A stretch of DNA of 64,000 nucleotides from Carcharhinus longimanus. Its lineage: Eukaryota. Positions 27,850-41,675 of this stretch are shown in pieces. Every line of letters starts with the position of its first letter. Within the stretch, counting starts at the first letter, position 1. Made by a program: the position numbers and the translations under genes. The stretch lies in contig JASCQW010000099.1 of assembly GCA_030264375.1 (NCBI GenBank), forward strand, positions 49,070,630 to 49,134,629, given 5' to 3'. A model generated the notes under the pieces. It was not told where the DNA came from, searched no databases, and was given only the letters and a program-made list of their open reading frames with translations.

Positions 27850-29772
27850 CTCACTCCGTTAAAAAATTTATTTACACTAGAATGGACAAGGCCCAAGCTT
27901 TTCACATAAGTGTAACAATTTCACACCGCGCCATATTTTGCAATTCCGAATTTCTCACCAAGATACCTTTCTCTCACAGCTTCTGGAGCAGCAGAGCAAT
28001 TCAGACAGCAACCTCCAGGTTTCCCTATTTAACTGCACACTTACTGTCACACAAAGTTGCTGCCCGATTTATACCAATAATGGGCATCGACAGCCTCACT
28101 GCTAATTTTACCATAAAATTTCAGTCACTCCTATTCTTGTAATTTTTCTGGTGCCATGCTCCATTCCCAGCTAAGAGGTGTGTTTCAATATATATCAGCT
28201 AATGTTACTCTTGAATGATGCACAATGGCTGTCCCTTCAAATAATGTCTAACCGATGTGCACTTGCACCCTACCTGCTGTAGTGCACTTGTAGATTCTGT
28301 ACACCATTATTAGACAGATTATCGATACTTCTGATGTTCTAACTACAGATTTCACTGAGAATCTCCCTATCCCACGTGGAAAAATCTCACCTTTTGTCAC
28401 ATATCTTAAGTATTACATCATAACAAGAGAAACAATACACTCAATAAATACTTCTTTAACACAATTTCAGGTTAATAAATTTGCTGTAATAATACAGTAT
28501 ACTAATTGACTGGCATGAGGTACTCTGAAATTCAGATTCCAGTAAGGGTGACATAAGTGCATAACAGATCCAAGTACAATCCCTCTGCCCTACTCATAAC
28601 ACTCTACTGACATTCAAGCTACAATGTATCTATCCCATTAAAAGAGCATTTAAAATCCAGAGTGGGATTGACAGAGCTATGTTTTAGAATTACAGAAAAA
28701 GATTCTTGTGCAAACTATTTTGTAACATATAATTCATTAAAGCCTACACAAAATCTAAATGAATGTACTATACATGGCTGTGAAAATATAAATATAAATC
28801 TCACAGTATTCATATGAAGTTGAGCACATTACACGTGGAAAACCTCCTTGTAGCCTTGGATCCAACATTAACTGCTCTAGTGCTGCTTACATTTGCAATA
28901 CCATATGCTACATATCTTTAATTAGTACACAATCCACTCTAACAATTGCTTAAAACCAACACAACTCCTAAAGTAGATCCATACTTCTGTTATCAAATTA
29001 CAGAAAGTAAATATCTAATTAAAGCGGTGTTCAGAGCTTCTACTTAATTCAAATTGACAGCGATGTGGGCCCAACTTAACTGTGCAATATGAGAAGTCAC
29101 AAAGGACAATCCAAAAAACTACTGACTGTAAACCACAGCACAGAAATAGGTGATCACATGCAGCATTGAAAACACTAATTTTACAACTGAACTTTTCTTT
29201 TTCCAAAAAAAAACACCTTTACTGGATGATTCAACATATTCTGCACTACCCTAAATCTGAACTGACACACACAACACGTGAATTTCAACACAACCTGATT
29301 CTGATGTCAATAACTGATCAAGCAACAATAAATAGGACAACAGCAGCATAATCATCACCTACTGAGCTATGAAACTCTTAACCACCTAGATAATGTGGAT
29401 GATGTGCCTTAAATCACTACATTATTAAACCACAGTGAACCACCATCTTAAAACTGACAGGATTAGAAAGTAACTTTGCTGTTGGGGGAGAGATGGCAAG
29501 CTACATTGTTAAATAGCATTGATTGAAGTCTAACAGCTCAGTAAACAAACAGAAAAAAATCAAAAAGACTTCCCGAAGGATCAAATCCGTCAGCTACATT
29601 TCATATTAATACTGACAACTATTGCCAAGTAATGTCTCTTTCCAAAGGTTGACACCTGCCTGAACTAGAAAAAGGCATAGTCTTCATGATCTCGAGCTCC
29701 ACACCAACTTAAGTGTCGACTGGGAAGGATTGGAACTGTATCCTCTCAAGGCTCTTAAATTGGATCTTCAGT
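27850..29772 (-). other. PACC1: Probable 3' UTR of PACC1 (3' end uncertain)
   Basis: Transposon-poor AT-rich tract after the stop. Candidate minus-strand AATAAA at 27867-27872 (tttatt on +). Confidence 0.4.
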
Positions 29773-29934
29773 TTAACTCATTTGGTTCAATTCCTGGGCC
29801 TTGCGTTTTTGTTGCCTCTTCTTAATTTTGATCATCCACTTAACACTCAGCTTTGCAAACTCTGCTGCTTTGAACAAAGCCAAGAAGACACCACACAGGA
29901 TTGCAATTGTGTTCCATGGATTGGCCGTGATTAT
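29773..29934 (-). CDS. PACC1: PACC1 last coding exon (TM2 and C-terminus, 162 bp including TAA)
   Basis: Acceptor tttgcag|ATA. Translates IITANPWNTIAILCGVFLALFKAAEFAKLSVKWMIKIKKRQQKRKAQELNQMS*. Confidence 0.95.
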   Translation of the reverse strand: MITANPWNTIAILCGVFLALFKAAEFAKLSVKWMIKIKKRQQKRKAQELNQMS

Positions 29935-30359
29935 CTGCAAATGTTCAAAACCAAACCATAATTAATCCATACATTTTGGAGTTTCTAAGAAGCATAGAGT
30001 AGGTTATACTAAATGTACGCAATAAAATCGAGTACTAGTAAATACATTTGTGGTATTCATGAAGGTGGAACAACCGCACCCCAAATACCACAAGCTCTAA
30101 TCACAATTGTGACTTCTTACCCCCCTAAATAATTTAATATTGTTTGTTCCATAATAATCATTTCTTATCCCTCTTCACTGATCTTACAGGAACACAGACA
30201 TTGCCCAAGTCACTTCAGCCAATCATTTGGAGGATTGGACAAATGGACCTTAAGCAGCTGTCCCGCAAATATTTTGCTCTCCAGAAAACTGCGGGGCCTC
30301 CAAGTCGCTCTGCCCCAATTAAAACAGCAAGACAAGCAGTGAAAGTTGAACACACTTAC

Positions 30360-30467
30360 ATCTCGAACTTCCTGAATGAAAGGATCCTTCCACTCAAATA
30401 CAACAAAGAACAATTGGTCAGTTTGTTCAGAAACAGGCCGGTGGTCATTGTATCTCACTAGGGTAGA
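30360..30467 (-). CDS. PACC1: PACC1 exon (108 bp, phase 0 to 0)
   Basis: Acceptor ttcacacag|TCT and donor GAT|gtaagt. Translates STLVRYNDHRPVSEQTDQLFFVVFEWKDPFIQEVRD. Confidence 0.95.
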
Positions 30468-30822
30468 CTGTGTGAACAGCAATAAATTCAGTCAGAATAA
30501 AAGCAAACATCAAATGAATGAATGTTCATTCCCACATCAATTTCAAAATGTAGTCAGATTAGGACAATATAGACCTAACTGGATTTACTGGAATTTACTG
30601 GATGTCAGATGGCCTTATTGAGGTAACAAACAATTGAATCTTAAATTCGAAATGTTGCAATATGCCATAAAATTTACAAGTCCCAACGTAGCTCGGTTGA
30701 TTATGTTGTCACTTCATTGTGATTTCAAGCCCCACTCTATTAATAAACACTTAACCTAGGCCAGTGGTTCTCAAATGGATTGGAGGGCACCTTTCCACAG
30801 TGGCACAGTGGTGGGGAGGAAT

Positions 30823-31121
30823 CATGGCACAGTGATTAGCACTGCTCTCGCAGGTTCAGGGACCCAGGTTCGATTCCGGCCTTGGTGANNNNNNNNNNTC
30901 CCTCCACGTCTGTGTGGGTTTCCTCCAGGGGCTCTAGTTTCCTCCCACAGTCCAAAGATGTGCGGGTTTGGTTGATTGGCCATGCTAAATTGACCCCTAG
31001 TGTTCGGGATATTTGCAAGGTAAATACGTGGGGTTATGGGGATAAGGCCTGGGTGGGATTGTGGTTGATGCAGGCTTGATGGGCCGAATGGCCTCTTTCT
31101 GCACTGTATAGAGTCTATGAT
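30823..31121 (+). mobile_element. V-SINE (HE1-like) copy
   Basis: tRNA head with B box ggttcgattcc, V-domain gggtttcctcc..ctcccacagtccaaagatgtg..ggccatgctaaattg, and CR1 tail gggccgaatggcct. Confidence 0.85.
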
Positions 31122-32049
31122 TTTCAAACATTAGTAATATTGGATTCAGAATCTGCAAAAGAAGTTATAATACTACATAATATTCACAATGCAAAATGTT
31201 GCAAGTAAGAAGTATGTTTTAATAATATTTTTAAACACAGAGATGCTTTTGGAGGATGACTCCACTGATGTAGACAGTGACGAGACAGACCAGGAAAACC
31301 AGAGATAAAGTATGTGTGGTTCCACTAACACTCTACTTCAAGTCAACAGAACTGCTTTGAATATGGTTAAGCATTACCTTTTAATGGTATACATACCGGT
31401 TTGGAGATCACACAGCTATTGGCCAATCAATAGTAATAGTTAAACCATATTTAGAGTTTAATAGATTCAAAGCAGGTGACAATTTTAATTAAGAGAAAAT
31501 AGCCTTCTGTAAAAAGGTGAGTTTCCTTGTTTTTAATACTATTTCAGAATAGTCACGTAACTGGGAATATATTTACTATCCTGTGCAAAACCAGCCCACT
31601 TTCTCTGGATTATTTAACCATACAAATAACTTACATTATTGCCTCATAGTAGCAGATTCAAGTTGGTGTTTCCATAATGACAAGAATCAAACCAACATTA
31701 AATTGACATAAACAGATCATACTGAAATACACAGCAGTCCAGGCATATTATAATGGGATTTCCTCACTGCACAATTTGAAATGTATCGTCACAGCAACAA
31801 GCCCCCTCCACCTTCCTTCCTGCCAAAGGTAATTGCTGAAACTACAATGGTCGAGACGCCAATTGCTGTGATGAAGCCGAGTATTCAGGAGCTTCGGAAA
31901 TGGTCACCTTGCCAGCTCCTGGTGTGGGGCGAAGTGCTGTTTATTTTTACAAAATGGGCAGCTTGCCCTTTATCTTCCTTCCCGAGTCCACTATGTTTTT
32001 CTCTCTCCCTCACTCACTGCAGAGTTTATTTCACAAAACCCCTGGTTAG

Positions 32050-32370
32050 TATACACTTACAAAGGTCAGCAGGTCCCAGTTTGGGAACCACGATCTAGAC
32101 TATCACTTCAGTACAGTACTGAAGCAATGAAGCATTGTCAGAGGTGTCATGCTCTTCATGAGAATTCCAAAAGCAAGGTCCCTGTCTGCCTGTACCTTTG
32201 GCTACGATAATATTAAATATCCCATGCTTCCAATTGGGGAACAGCAGTGGGTTTTCCCTTGTCAACATTTCTCCTTCAGGCAATACTCCTCCCTCATTTG
32301 CTGCTTCACGAATCCTGTGCTGCCACATTTGCTTACATAACACTTCTAAATCAATTTATGTAATTGTGGC
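32050..32370 (+). mobile_element. Deu-domain SINE, decayed
   Basis: cagtactgaagcaatgaagcattgtcagaggtgtc core, shared with the 10310 and 39580 copies. Confidence 0.5.
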
Positions 32371-33635
32371 TCACTGGGGTGTTAGCATAGATCCAAGTCA
32401 CATAACTTACACTAATAGAAAGTAGAGAACTCGCGATTGAGGATCTGGGAACCAACAATGCACTGAGTCAGAGCTTGTTAAATAAATGAATGTCAAAACC
32501 GTGATGGCCCAAAGAATGCGGACACCAGAAACACAATCATTGATTTTCCCCTCCTTATTCTCGTTTACATTTTATCTGAGTTATTTACCTGGAGACTTGT
32601 TACTATTTTCACATATAGTCTCTGAACTATAGATTGCACCTTGTTGTCTCACTGCCTAATTAACATCAAATCTTGGTAACTCAGTAGAATATTGAGAAAT
32701 CTGAAGGCATCAAATTTGCCTCTCACCAAAATTCTACTCTTTTACTTTCAACTCCTCCCTGGCTATGCATTTGTGTTAAATCAGATGGTGTGGAACCTCA
32801 GTGTACAGTGCAATCAGATTTATACTCTATTCTGTCAGTCACTATGACAGCAAATTTCAGTTCCATAACATTGCCCTTCCTTGTCTCCCTCCACCCCACC
32901 CCTGCTACCACTAAAAACTTTATCCTCACACTTGTTACCTCGACTCAGCTTCACAAATGCTCTTCATGCTCTTCCTGGCAGCTTCAAGTTATTGTACAAA
33001 TACTTTCTACCTCTTCTGTGCCCCCGTACTTAACGTGGATCCTCCTCAGCTTCTGATTTCCTCTGTTTGCCTCCACCATGGCCCATGTTCTTCCCTTGAT
33101 TACAGATTAGGCCCTAGTCTGGAATACCTTGTCTATGCTGCTTTCCCTTCACATTTCCATGCCTCTCTCAAAAGGCTATCTCGACATCTATTAACCATAA
33201 TTTCTATTACCTCCCCTTATCCTCCCACAGCTGCTTAATCTGCTCTCTCAGCAATTATTTAATAGTCTTGGGATGTTTTGAAGTCAGAATGCAACAAAAA
33301 TACTAATTGTTTTTGACTTAGTTTCGAATATTTTCCTTGGTTATTCTGCAGAATTTGACAGAACAAACTCACTTTGTTAATGAGTTATCAATTACAACTC
33401 TCCTGCCTACATGATTGGTTCTGAAGTAGAAAAATGTTGGAGATGGTAATAAGCTTGCCAACACCACACTGAAAGGAGGTCAACTCCAGTTACATTTTAC
33501 TGACAAAGCCAAAAAAAATCAAGCTTACATTTGTTTGATGTAGCAAAACCCTGAGCACAACAAGACAACTTGCTGTGATATCCCTACACAATACTTGCAG
33601 ATCCATTCAGGCTGCAATCCTAGTGCTCTCATTAC

Positions 33636-33780
33636 CTCTTGTCTGAATTCCACCGATTCACTTCCGTCTTCCTCCGTTGTTTTCACCAAAGACATCTTGA
33701 CCCACGTCCGAAAACCCCCAGAAAAGGTCCAGATGGAATAAGAACGTTCACAGTCCTGCATGAATTGTGCTTTATCAGAA
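33636..33780 (-). CDS. PACC1: PACC1 exon (145 bp, phase 2 to 0)
   Basis: Acceptor tctttcag|T and donor GAG|gtaatg. Translates SDKAQFMQDCERSYSIWTFSGGFRTWVKMSLVKTTEEDGSESVEFRQE. Confidence 0.95.
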
Positions 33781-34739
33781 CTGAAAGACAAATGCCAACA
33801 CAGTATTCTCTGTTCAGTTTGTGGGAGTATTCTGCTTTCTTACTCTTAAACAATACAGAATAACAGAACTCAATCTTTGCTCACTGGTGTCACAGCGTAA
33901 TCAGAATTTCATTTTGATGAAAGATCACAATCTGAAACAGTAACTCAGGTCTTTCTCCCATAGAGTATTTACAGCCTTTTCTGTTTCAGATTTCCAGCAC
34001 CTTCAGTATTTTGCTTTTGTATTTATGCTGAGGAAGAATTTAACTTTGCCGCTTTTAAAATGTGACATTAACTTTGTAAAAATACAAAGAACCTTGTTGC
34101 TGCCAAATATGTGGTAGAGAAATTATGTCACTAGTTAGCTGAGCTCAGCACAAGCCACAATATAAAACAGGAAGTCAGCTGCCTTCTGGAGCTTCACTCA
34201 ATGGACTTCAATAGACAATAATTTCCTCTCATCATCACAATAGGTGGCACTGAAATGTGGCATTTTCTTAAAACCAGAGGTAATTTTAGCCTATGTACAA
34301 GAAAGACGAAGGTGATGTGGTTGGGTTAGATGAGGCATAAACACCAGCATCGAACAGTTTAGCTGAATAATCTGTTTGTGTGTTAAATATTCTATGTGAA
34401 TCTCAGTAACCTTTTGCTATCTCTACCCGAGTTGGCTGCCATGAGAGAAATCAATTGATTACTAAGATCTAAACTAGGGGATAGATACATCATGTTTTAA
34501 AATGTAAACTTAACAACACCTTTATTGTGGCGTCCAAGAGGCGTAGACAAAATTCATAGGTAGAAGGAGGATTGGATTGAGGCACTCACTGAACATTAAA
34601 ATGGCGGCGCGGGCTTATTGGACCGAAGGGCCTGTTTCCTGTGCTGTGTTGTTCTTTGTTTGTTAACATGGAGCTATTTAAGGTTACATGCCATCTGCAG
34701 ATATTGAACTGTTGAGTTTTATAATATTCTGGAAACTTT

Positions 34740-35105
34740 TTATCCTTACATGGGATGTGGGCTTCACTGGCAAATCTTGTAGTTGTTGCCCATCCCCTGA
34801 TTGCCCTTGGCTTGCCAGACCATTTCAGAGGGTGGTTAACAGTCAATCACATTGCTGTGGGTCTGGAAGCACAAGTCCAGATGGCAGATTTCCTTCCTTA
34901 AAGGACATTAGTGAACCGGATGGGTTTTCATGACAAACGAAGGTAGTTTCATGATCACCATCAGTGAGGCTAGCATTTTTTTTAACTGCAGATGTTTCCT
35001 GATTGAATTTAAATTCCACCAGCTGCCATGGTAGCATTTGAACCCAAGTTTCCAGAGCACTAGTCTGAGCCACTGAAATCCTAATCTAATGACATTACTA
35101 CGACA
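34740..35105 (-). mobile_element. tRNA-derived SINE with a LINE-derived tail
   Basis: Minus-strand head ...gggttcaaatgctaccatggcagctggtggaattt and tail gggcaatcaggggatgggcaac, matching the LINE end at 45090-45145. Confidence 0.6.
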
Positions 35106-35309
35106 TCCCTGTATCCAATGATAATGTTTAGCCATTGAGATTGAATAAATACATTCACCCACGTCAGGCAGATAGCACGATTTGATGCAGAGAGAACTCA
35201 GCCTCTTGAAAAGTGGCCTTTAACAATAATGGACACAAAAGTATAATAATTCTTCCCACCCTCACCCAGGAGGAGTGACTTGAGATTGTAGCTTACACTC
35301 ATTTCTCAC

Positions 35310-35452
35310 CTCTCCTGGAACTCTTTGAATGAGGAGAATAAGAGATAGCTGATTGCACTAAAATCTTCTTCTGTTTCATTTAGATGGAACTGCAAGAACA
35401 CGAGCTCCTTCTTTCTCACATCCTGTGGTCCACGGATAATGAGGGCTGATTT
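35310..35452 (-). CDS. PACC1: PACC1 exon (143 bp, phase 0 to 2)
   Basis: Acceptor ttgtag|AAA and donor AG|gtgaga. Translates KSALIIRGPQDVRKKELVFLQFHLNETEEDFSAISYLLFSSFKEFQE(S). Confidence 0.94.
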
Positions 35453-36654
35453 CTACAATCACAAACAGCAACAGAGCTCATCGAAAACACATCTCTAAAC
35501 AGCTCAGGTGGGGGAGAAGCAAGGGAATAGGTTGGGAGGGAAGAAACATTTAGCCACAATGATCAGCCAATATGGTGTGGGTAGGCTTGATGGACCAACG
35601 TTTTTCTTTATCTACATATCAATTCTGTGCATCATAAGCTCGTAATTTAAGCTACAGTAATTAAAAAATAAGGAAGGACCAAGCATCATTATTCATTCCT
35701 CCCAGATAAATCATCAAATAGTTAGAGCACAGCAGGAGGCCATTCAGCCTGCCAACTCCATGCTGGCTCTCTGCAAGCTGTGATCTTTGGATTAGAAACC
35801 ATTCTGCACAGCAGGAAGTCTTGTGAAAATAACAGACGGCATTTGGCTTGCTCATAAATTTTAAATTTTCCCATTTATTGACGGTAGGGTAAATTAGGTG
35901 GGATTACGGAGATAGGGCCTGGTGGGATTGTCGTCGGTGCAGGCTCAATGGAACAAACGGCCTCCGTGTGCACTGTAGGGATTCTATGATAATATATCAC
36001 ATTGGTCCATGAAAAGCATTAGTTGAAAACAGAGAATTGTCTTCTGCCCTGCAGTCAGTGAATGGTCATGAATCATAAACTGAATCACAATTCCATCCTT
36101 CTCTTTTCAATCACAACTCTCAACCTGCTCTCTTCAAACACAGCTCTAGTTTGGCTCTCCGAACTGGAAATGATTTGAATATTTATAGAATCATACAACA
36201 CAGAACATTCAGCCCATGATTCATTTATTCCCATTCTCCCCATTGCCTGTATATTTTCTTGTCTATATCCAATTTCTTTGTAACAATTACTGTGAAATCT
36301 GTTTTCACACCCTTTCAATGAATTCACTGATCATTACGACTTGCTATGTAAATTTAAGAAGGTCTTCTCTCTGGTTCTTTTGACAATTATCTTGCATCTA
36401 TATCCTGGTTACTGATCCTCTTGCCAGCAAAAATTGTTTCTCCTTACTTACCCTACACTGCACTGTATAATTTTGAACACCTCTTTTAAATCAGCCTACA
36501 ACCCCCTCCGTTTTGTTCCTCCAGTATCTCCACATAATCCAAGTCCCTCATATTGTACAGCAAATTTTTGCTACGAATAATACTGCTCAGTAATTCTGTC
36601 CCTCCTTCAGCACATCCAATGCTAAAACTCTCATTCACGCTTTTGTTAACAATA

Positions 36655-36860
36655 GACAGTCCAAAGATGTGTGGATTAGGTTGGTTGGCCATGCTAAATT
36701 GTCCCTTATATTCTTGGATGCATAGGTTAGAGGGATTCATGGGGCAAATAGATCTGGGTACGGGGATCAGGCCTGGGTGGAATTGTTGTTGATGCACACT
36801 CGATGGACCGAATGGCCTCCTTCTGCACTGTAGGGATTCTATGATCATGATTCTATGATA
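36655..36860 (+). mobile_element. 3' half of a V-SINE inserted in an L2 remnant (about 36560-37340)
   Basis: cagtccaaagatgtg...ctgcactgtagggattctatga. The flanking sequence is continuous and L2-like. Confidence 0.7.
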
Positions 36861-37574
36861 TCCCATCTTGGACTCAACTGTTGCATTGCTCTTTGGACCA
36901 GCCTCCCACCTTGCAACCTCCATAAAATGTTAATCCAAAGTGTTGTAGCACATATACTAACTTGCATCAAATTCTATTCATTCATTCGCACTGACTGCAA
37001 ACTACAATGGCTTCCGGTTTGGCACTCTTAAATTTTAAAATTCTTATCTTTACTTTCAAATCATTGTGCAGCCTCATCCTATCCCATCTAATGTGACACC
37101 TTCCAGCCCCAGAATCCTTTGAGAAATCTACTGTCCTCCAATTCTGGCCATTGCTCATCCTTGATGTTCATCACTCTACCCACACCCACAGTTCTGGATT
37201 TCCCTCTTTAAACCTCTTCAACCCACGATGTTCCCCTTTAAGATGTTCCTTAAAACCAACCACTCTGATCAAGCTTTTGATCACCTTAATAACTCCACGT
37301 GTGGTTCAGTGTCAATGTTTGTTCGATTACACTCCATGTAAGTGAAAATTGCTTACGTTCTAGTAACTTAACTGTCTCCAACTGTCCAAAAGCTGTGGCA
37401 AGCTAGCACAGAATGGTTGAAGTAGTTACCGAAATTAAAACTGTTCTAGCCCCAATCTGGCATATTAGAAAATTAGGTGACAGACCTAAAAAATAAAGAG
37501 CTTGCAGTTAACAACTTCAGGATATCCCAAGTTGCTGTAATCAGTAGTCACTTTTGTAATACAAAAAACAACGA

Positions 37575-38190
37575 ACAGGACAACACAGGAATAGGCCCTT
37601 TGGCCCTCCAAGCCTGCACCAATCACGTTGTCCTATCTAAACCAACTGCTTACATCCCTCTATTCCCCATTTGTCCATGTGTCTATCCAGATAAGTCTTA
37701 AATGTGGCTAACGTAACTGCCTCAACCATCTCACTTGGCAGTGCATTCCAAGCCCACACCACCCTCTGTGTAAAAAACTTCCCTCACACATTTCAATTGA
37801 ACGTTTCTCCTCTTATTTTGAGCTTGTGTCCCCTTGTAATTGTTATTTCTGCCCTGGGAAAAAGTCTCCAACTAGTTCACCCTATCTATGTTCCTCATCG
37901 TTTTATAAACTTTTATCACAATGTTGAGAAAGGTGTCAACCAATTTGCACAGAGCAAGAAGCAAGGTCTCACAAACAGTAGTGAAATTAATTATCAGAAC
38001 ATCTGTTTCAGTGATGTTAGCCGAAGAATAAATATTAGCTAGGAAAAGAACTCCCCTGCTCTTCCCAGAGTAATGCCACAAGGTGGTTTACATCTCACTT
38101 CTGTACCTCCAACAGGACCTGCACTAAAGTGTTAGCCTCGATTATGTGCTCAGGTCTCTGGAGTGAGGCTTGTATCAACAGAGGTCCATC
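37575..38190 (-). mobile_element. Antisense CR1 3' end followed by an antisense Deu-SINE fragment
   Basis: 37575-37910 matches 2345-2640; 37925-38190 is the reverse complement of the Deu-SINE core. Confidence 0.65.
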
Positions 38191-38599
38191 ACTGAACCAA
38201 AACTGGTCAGAAAATAAAAGCACAAAATGCTTGAATATACAGGATGAGAGTCACCAATCGGTCCCCCAATTCTCCTGGACCAATCTTTTGTTTTCCACCA
38301 AATTAACTGTGGCTAAAGCAAGCTTTAGATATTAAATACTATATTAAGCTTAGTAACTGTTTTGACTCATAATAAGAAAGTTTAAAATTTACTACCTGAA
38401 ACTGCTGCAGTTGCTAAAAGAAATGTCATAATTAAACCATCATGTGAAAAGTCAGCAACAACATGGCATAAAATATTCCACGTCATCTGTATGTTCCATG
38501 ATTGCTTTATGACTCGATGTTGTGCAACAGATGCTTATTGGTCAAATCTGAACACTTTAATTGTAAGATTTAAATCAGCGGGTGCTTCCTATACTTTAC

Positions 38600-38754
38600 C
38601 AGTGTTTTGTTTCTGTATGGGTCTGTGTAATTGATTTGTTCATCAGTGCAGTCGATATCTCCTCGTTGGCCTGGATTCATCACAACCTGAACCTGGTCAT
38701 GATAATGGTGCTGACAGCTCAGGAGTTCAGCTTTACCAGGATATAGTGCTATAC
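38600..38754 (-). CDS. PACC1: PACC1 exon (155 bp, phase 1 to 0)
   Basis: Acceptor tttcacag|GT and donor CTG|gtaaag. Translates (G)IALYPGKAELLSCQHHYHDQVQVVMNPGQRGDIDCTDEQINYTDPYRNKTL. Not shown in the ORF track. Confidence 0.93.
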
Positions 38755-39579
38755 CTGTGAAATGGATCGAGATACATTCAGCAAACTGCTCCTTCCAGAA
38801 GCATTCACATTTTATAGTTTTTTAAAATCCTTTTACAAATTCCCTTTCTTTCTCCGCCCATTCTGCTACCCTGCTTGCACATAAGTTTCCACGAATGTCC
38901 ATCTGATCCAATCACCAGAGAGGCATACAAAACATCCCAGGGTCACATCAACTTTGAGGTTTTCCTTCTTTCAGAGAGAAGCACTGGCTCTTGACTTGGA
39001 ACATCTCTCCAGAAACCAGGCAACAAGTTGGCACTCGACAAGACAAGACACGAGTTATAATGTTATGTTATCCATAATATTACGGATATTCCGAATCCTA
39101 TGTGTATTCCAGCTCCCAGCCCATAAGCTGATTGGCCCCACTCAAACAAAAGATAAATAGCTTGGAAAAGTAGAAAGGGATGTAATATTTATTTTACCAA
39201 ACTTATTGTGACATATATAACATGAGAAACAGATGCAGGACATGTGGCCAGTTCTACCATTCAATAAGAGGGTAACTGCTCTTTTACTGAACTACACTTT
39301 CGGTCTCTCAACATGTGAAATAAGGTTTTAACTTAAACCAGATATTAATGACAAATAACAAAGATGCAGTGCTCAAAGATTTCATGCAATTCACAAGAAA
39401 AGTAAAATCCATAACCAGTACTTTTAGTAGATTCGGTGGAGCCATGAGGGGAAGGCAGTGTGGGAAAGGTGTTGGAGGAGAAATATTTTGAAGATCCACA
39501 GGGGATAGTGCAGAATATTTTTTAGCAAGTGAGACAGGCGATAAAGTGAAAATCCCCTTCGGAATATGATCAAGGCAGA

Positions 39580-39885
39580 TACACAGTGTTGTACTGAAGG
39601 ACTGCAGCATTGCCTGAAGTGCTGCTTTTCCAGTGGGGTGCTAAACAAGATTCTGGGTGCCTGCCTAGATGGAAGTAGATGATCCCAGGGAATTTTGAGG
39701 AGTAGGGAGTTCTCTCCCTGCTCTGACCCACATGATACTTCAACCAACATCCCTAAGACAGATGACACAGTCGCTCATTAAATTTGATAATTGTGGGACA
39801 TTGCTGCTCTCTGGCACTACATTACAACACATCTTAAATAATTCACTGACAGCACAAGGAGACAAAAAGCACTATCATATAATAT
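39580..39885 (+). mobile_element. Deu-domain SINE
   Basis: gtactgaaggactgcagcattgcctgaagtgctgctttt...gagtagggagttctctcc...tgtgggacattgctg. Confidence 0.6.
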
Positions 39886-41484
39886 ATATAATAAAATACA
39901 AATATATACATGTGTTGTAATATGCGTTGAAGGGACAACAGCATGACTTCACTAAAAGGGAAAGATCATGGGATCTAGTCTCAGTTTCACTTTAGCTGAT
40001 GAACAGAACATAACTCACACAGATCTGCAGCTAATGTCTTCAAGTTTTGAATCCACATATGAATGTTCTTCTGTGCCTGGTCTGAATAAATGAGCCCACA
40101 GTGTATTTTCCAAATCCCTTAGATTTATAGAATCCCTACAGTGCAGAAGGTGGTCATTCAGCCCACCGATACTCCACCAACTCTCCGAAAGGGTATTTTA
40201 CTGCAGCATACTGACTGCACAGAAAAGCCTGGAGGACATGGTGAGATAGTAGTGCTCAAGTAAAGAGCTGGTAGGCAGTGGGATCTCTTGTGGTGTCAGT
40301 TCCAAGAGGCCCAATATGTGGTGCATCGAGAGGTCCAACATGGGATTAGCTCAGTCAGGAGAGATGAATGACCAGGGTGTGGATCAGACTGCTAGTGAAT
40401 GAGGGAGAGTCAGACAAAAAAAATCAAACCATCATAAGAATCAGGCCAGAGAAGGTTGCAATTCGAGGTAAAGGATTTCTAATATAGGCTACATTGGAAG
40501 ATCAGTTCAGAATCAGATTAATCTTTTATATTCCTCAACTAGAGTTCATGCTATTTCGACAACAGCCTACAGCATCCATATCCTACTTTGTCAGCAGATA
40601 CGGAGAAAAGGGTACATACTGTGATTTTTCAAACACAGAGCTAGCAGACAGAATGGACACAAGGATGAAGAAATCCATTCAGGTCAACAAAGCCCAGAGC
40701 TCCAAAATACAAGCTCAATTGTTAATGAATCCACTAGAACACCCCAACCTAACAAAGCATGTGTAAGGTATGCCCTTCTGTATACACCAAGGGAATGCCT
40801 TGTTTTCTAGCAATTCTGCAAAGCATGTGGCAGAAAGAGCCAATGATGGTGGCAATGCGCTACAGCAAAGGCTGACACAACTAGAAAGAGCCATAAACAC
40901 TAATCCAAACAGACCGTACACAACAGGTACCTTTAAACAGTAAGAATGATCATCAGGTATTTTTTCAGAAACATACATACGAGGTCAGTGATACAGCAGA
41001 AAATGATGGCCATATGCATGACAAAACAAACTGCAGTGAACACGTGCTTCACACTGTCAATCTCATAGAAAACAAAGTCTCACCGCCTGAAACATTTGCC
41101 AAGATTAAAATGATCTGTTCCAAGAATGTTGGTAAGTACTCATTATTGGCCAAGATTGACACAGGAGCAAGTGCCAATATATTTCCCTTGCAAAGTCTAA
41201 AAGACATATATCCACAGACACAGAAGGCCGTGGTGAAATCTACTACTGCACAGCTTTCAGTATACAATAGTTCACTAATGCCATGTGCAGGGATCATAGT
41301 CCAGGAACGCAAGTGTAATCAATCCTCCCGGGTGTCACAGATACTTTATTGTGGGGACTAAAGGTAGGTCTACAAGCATGTTGTGAGCAATATTGCCAAA
41401 CCATGGAATCAGTTGGACAGCATGTGGCAGATCAACTTCAGAAACTACTCCTATTGCCTCAGTCCACAACATAACATTGAAGTG

Positions 41485-41675
41485 ATGTGGTGATGCTGGT
41501 GTTGGACTGGGGTAGGCACAGTAAGAAGTCTCACAAGACCAAATTAAAGTTCAACAGGTTTATTTGGAATCACGAGCTTTCGGAGGCTCACCTGATGAAG
41601 GAGCAGTGCTCCGAAAGCTCTTGGTTCCAAATAAACCTGTTGAACTTTAACCTGGTGTTGCGAGAGTTCTTACTG
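41485..41675. mobile_element. Penelope-derived fold-back element with 13-bp target-site duplication
   Basis: 68-bp imperfect inverted arms at 41518-41585 and 41609-41676; taacattgaagtg at 41472-41484 and 41676-41688. Confidence 0.8.
41588..41624 (+). ncRNA. Minimal hammerhead ribozyme motif (Penelope type, possibly decayed)
   Basis: TCAC-CTGATGA-A-GGAGC-agt-GCTCC-GAAA-GCTC: both conserved core boxes flank a perfect 5-bp stem II. Confidence 0.65.
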
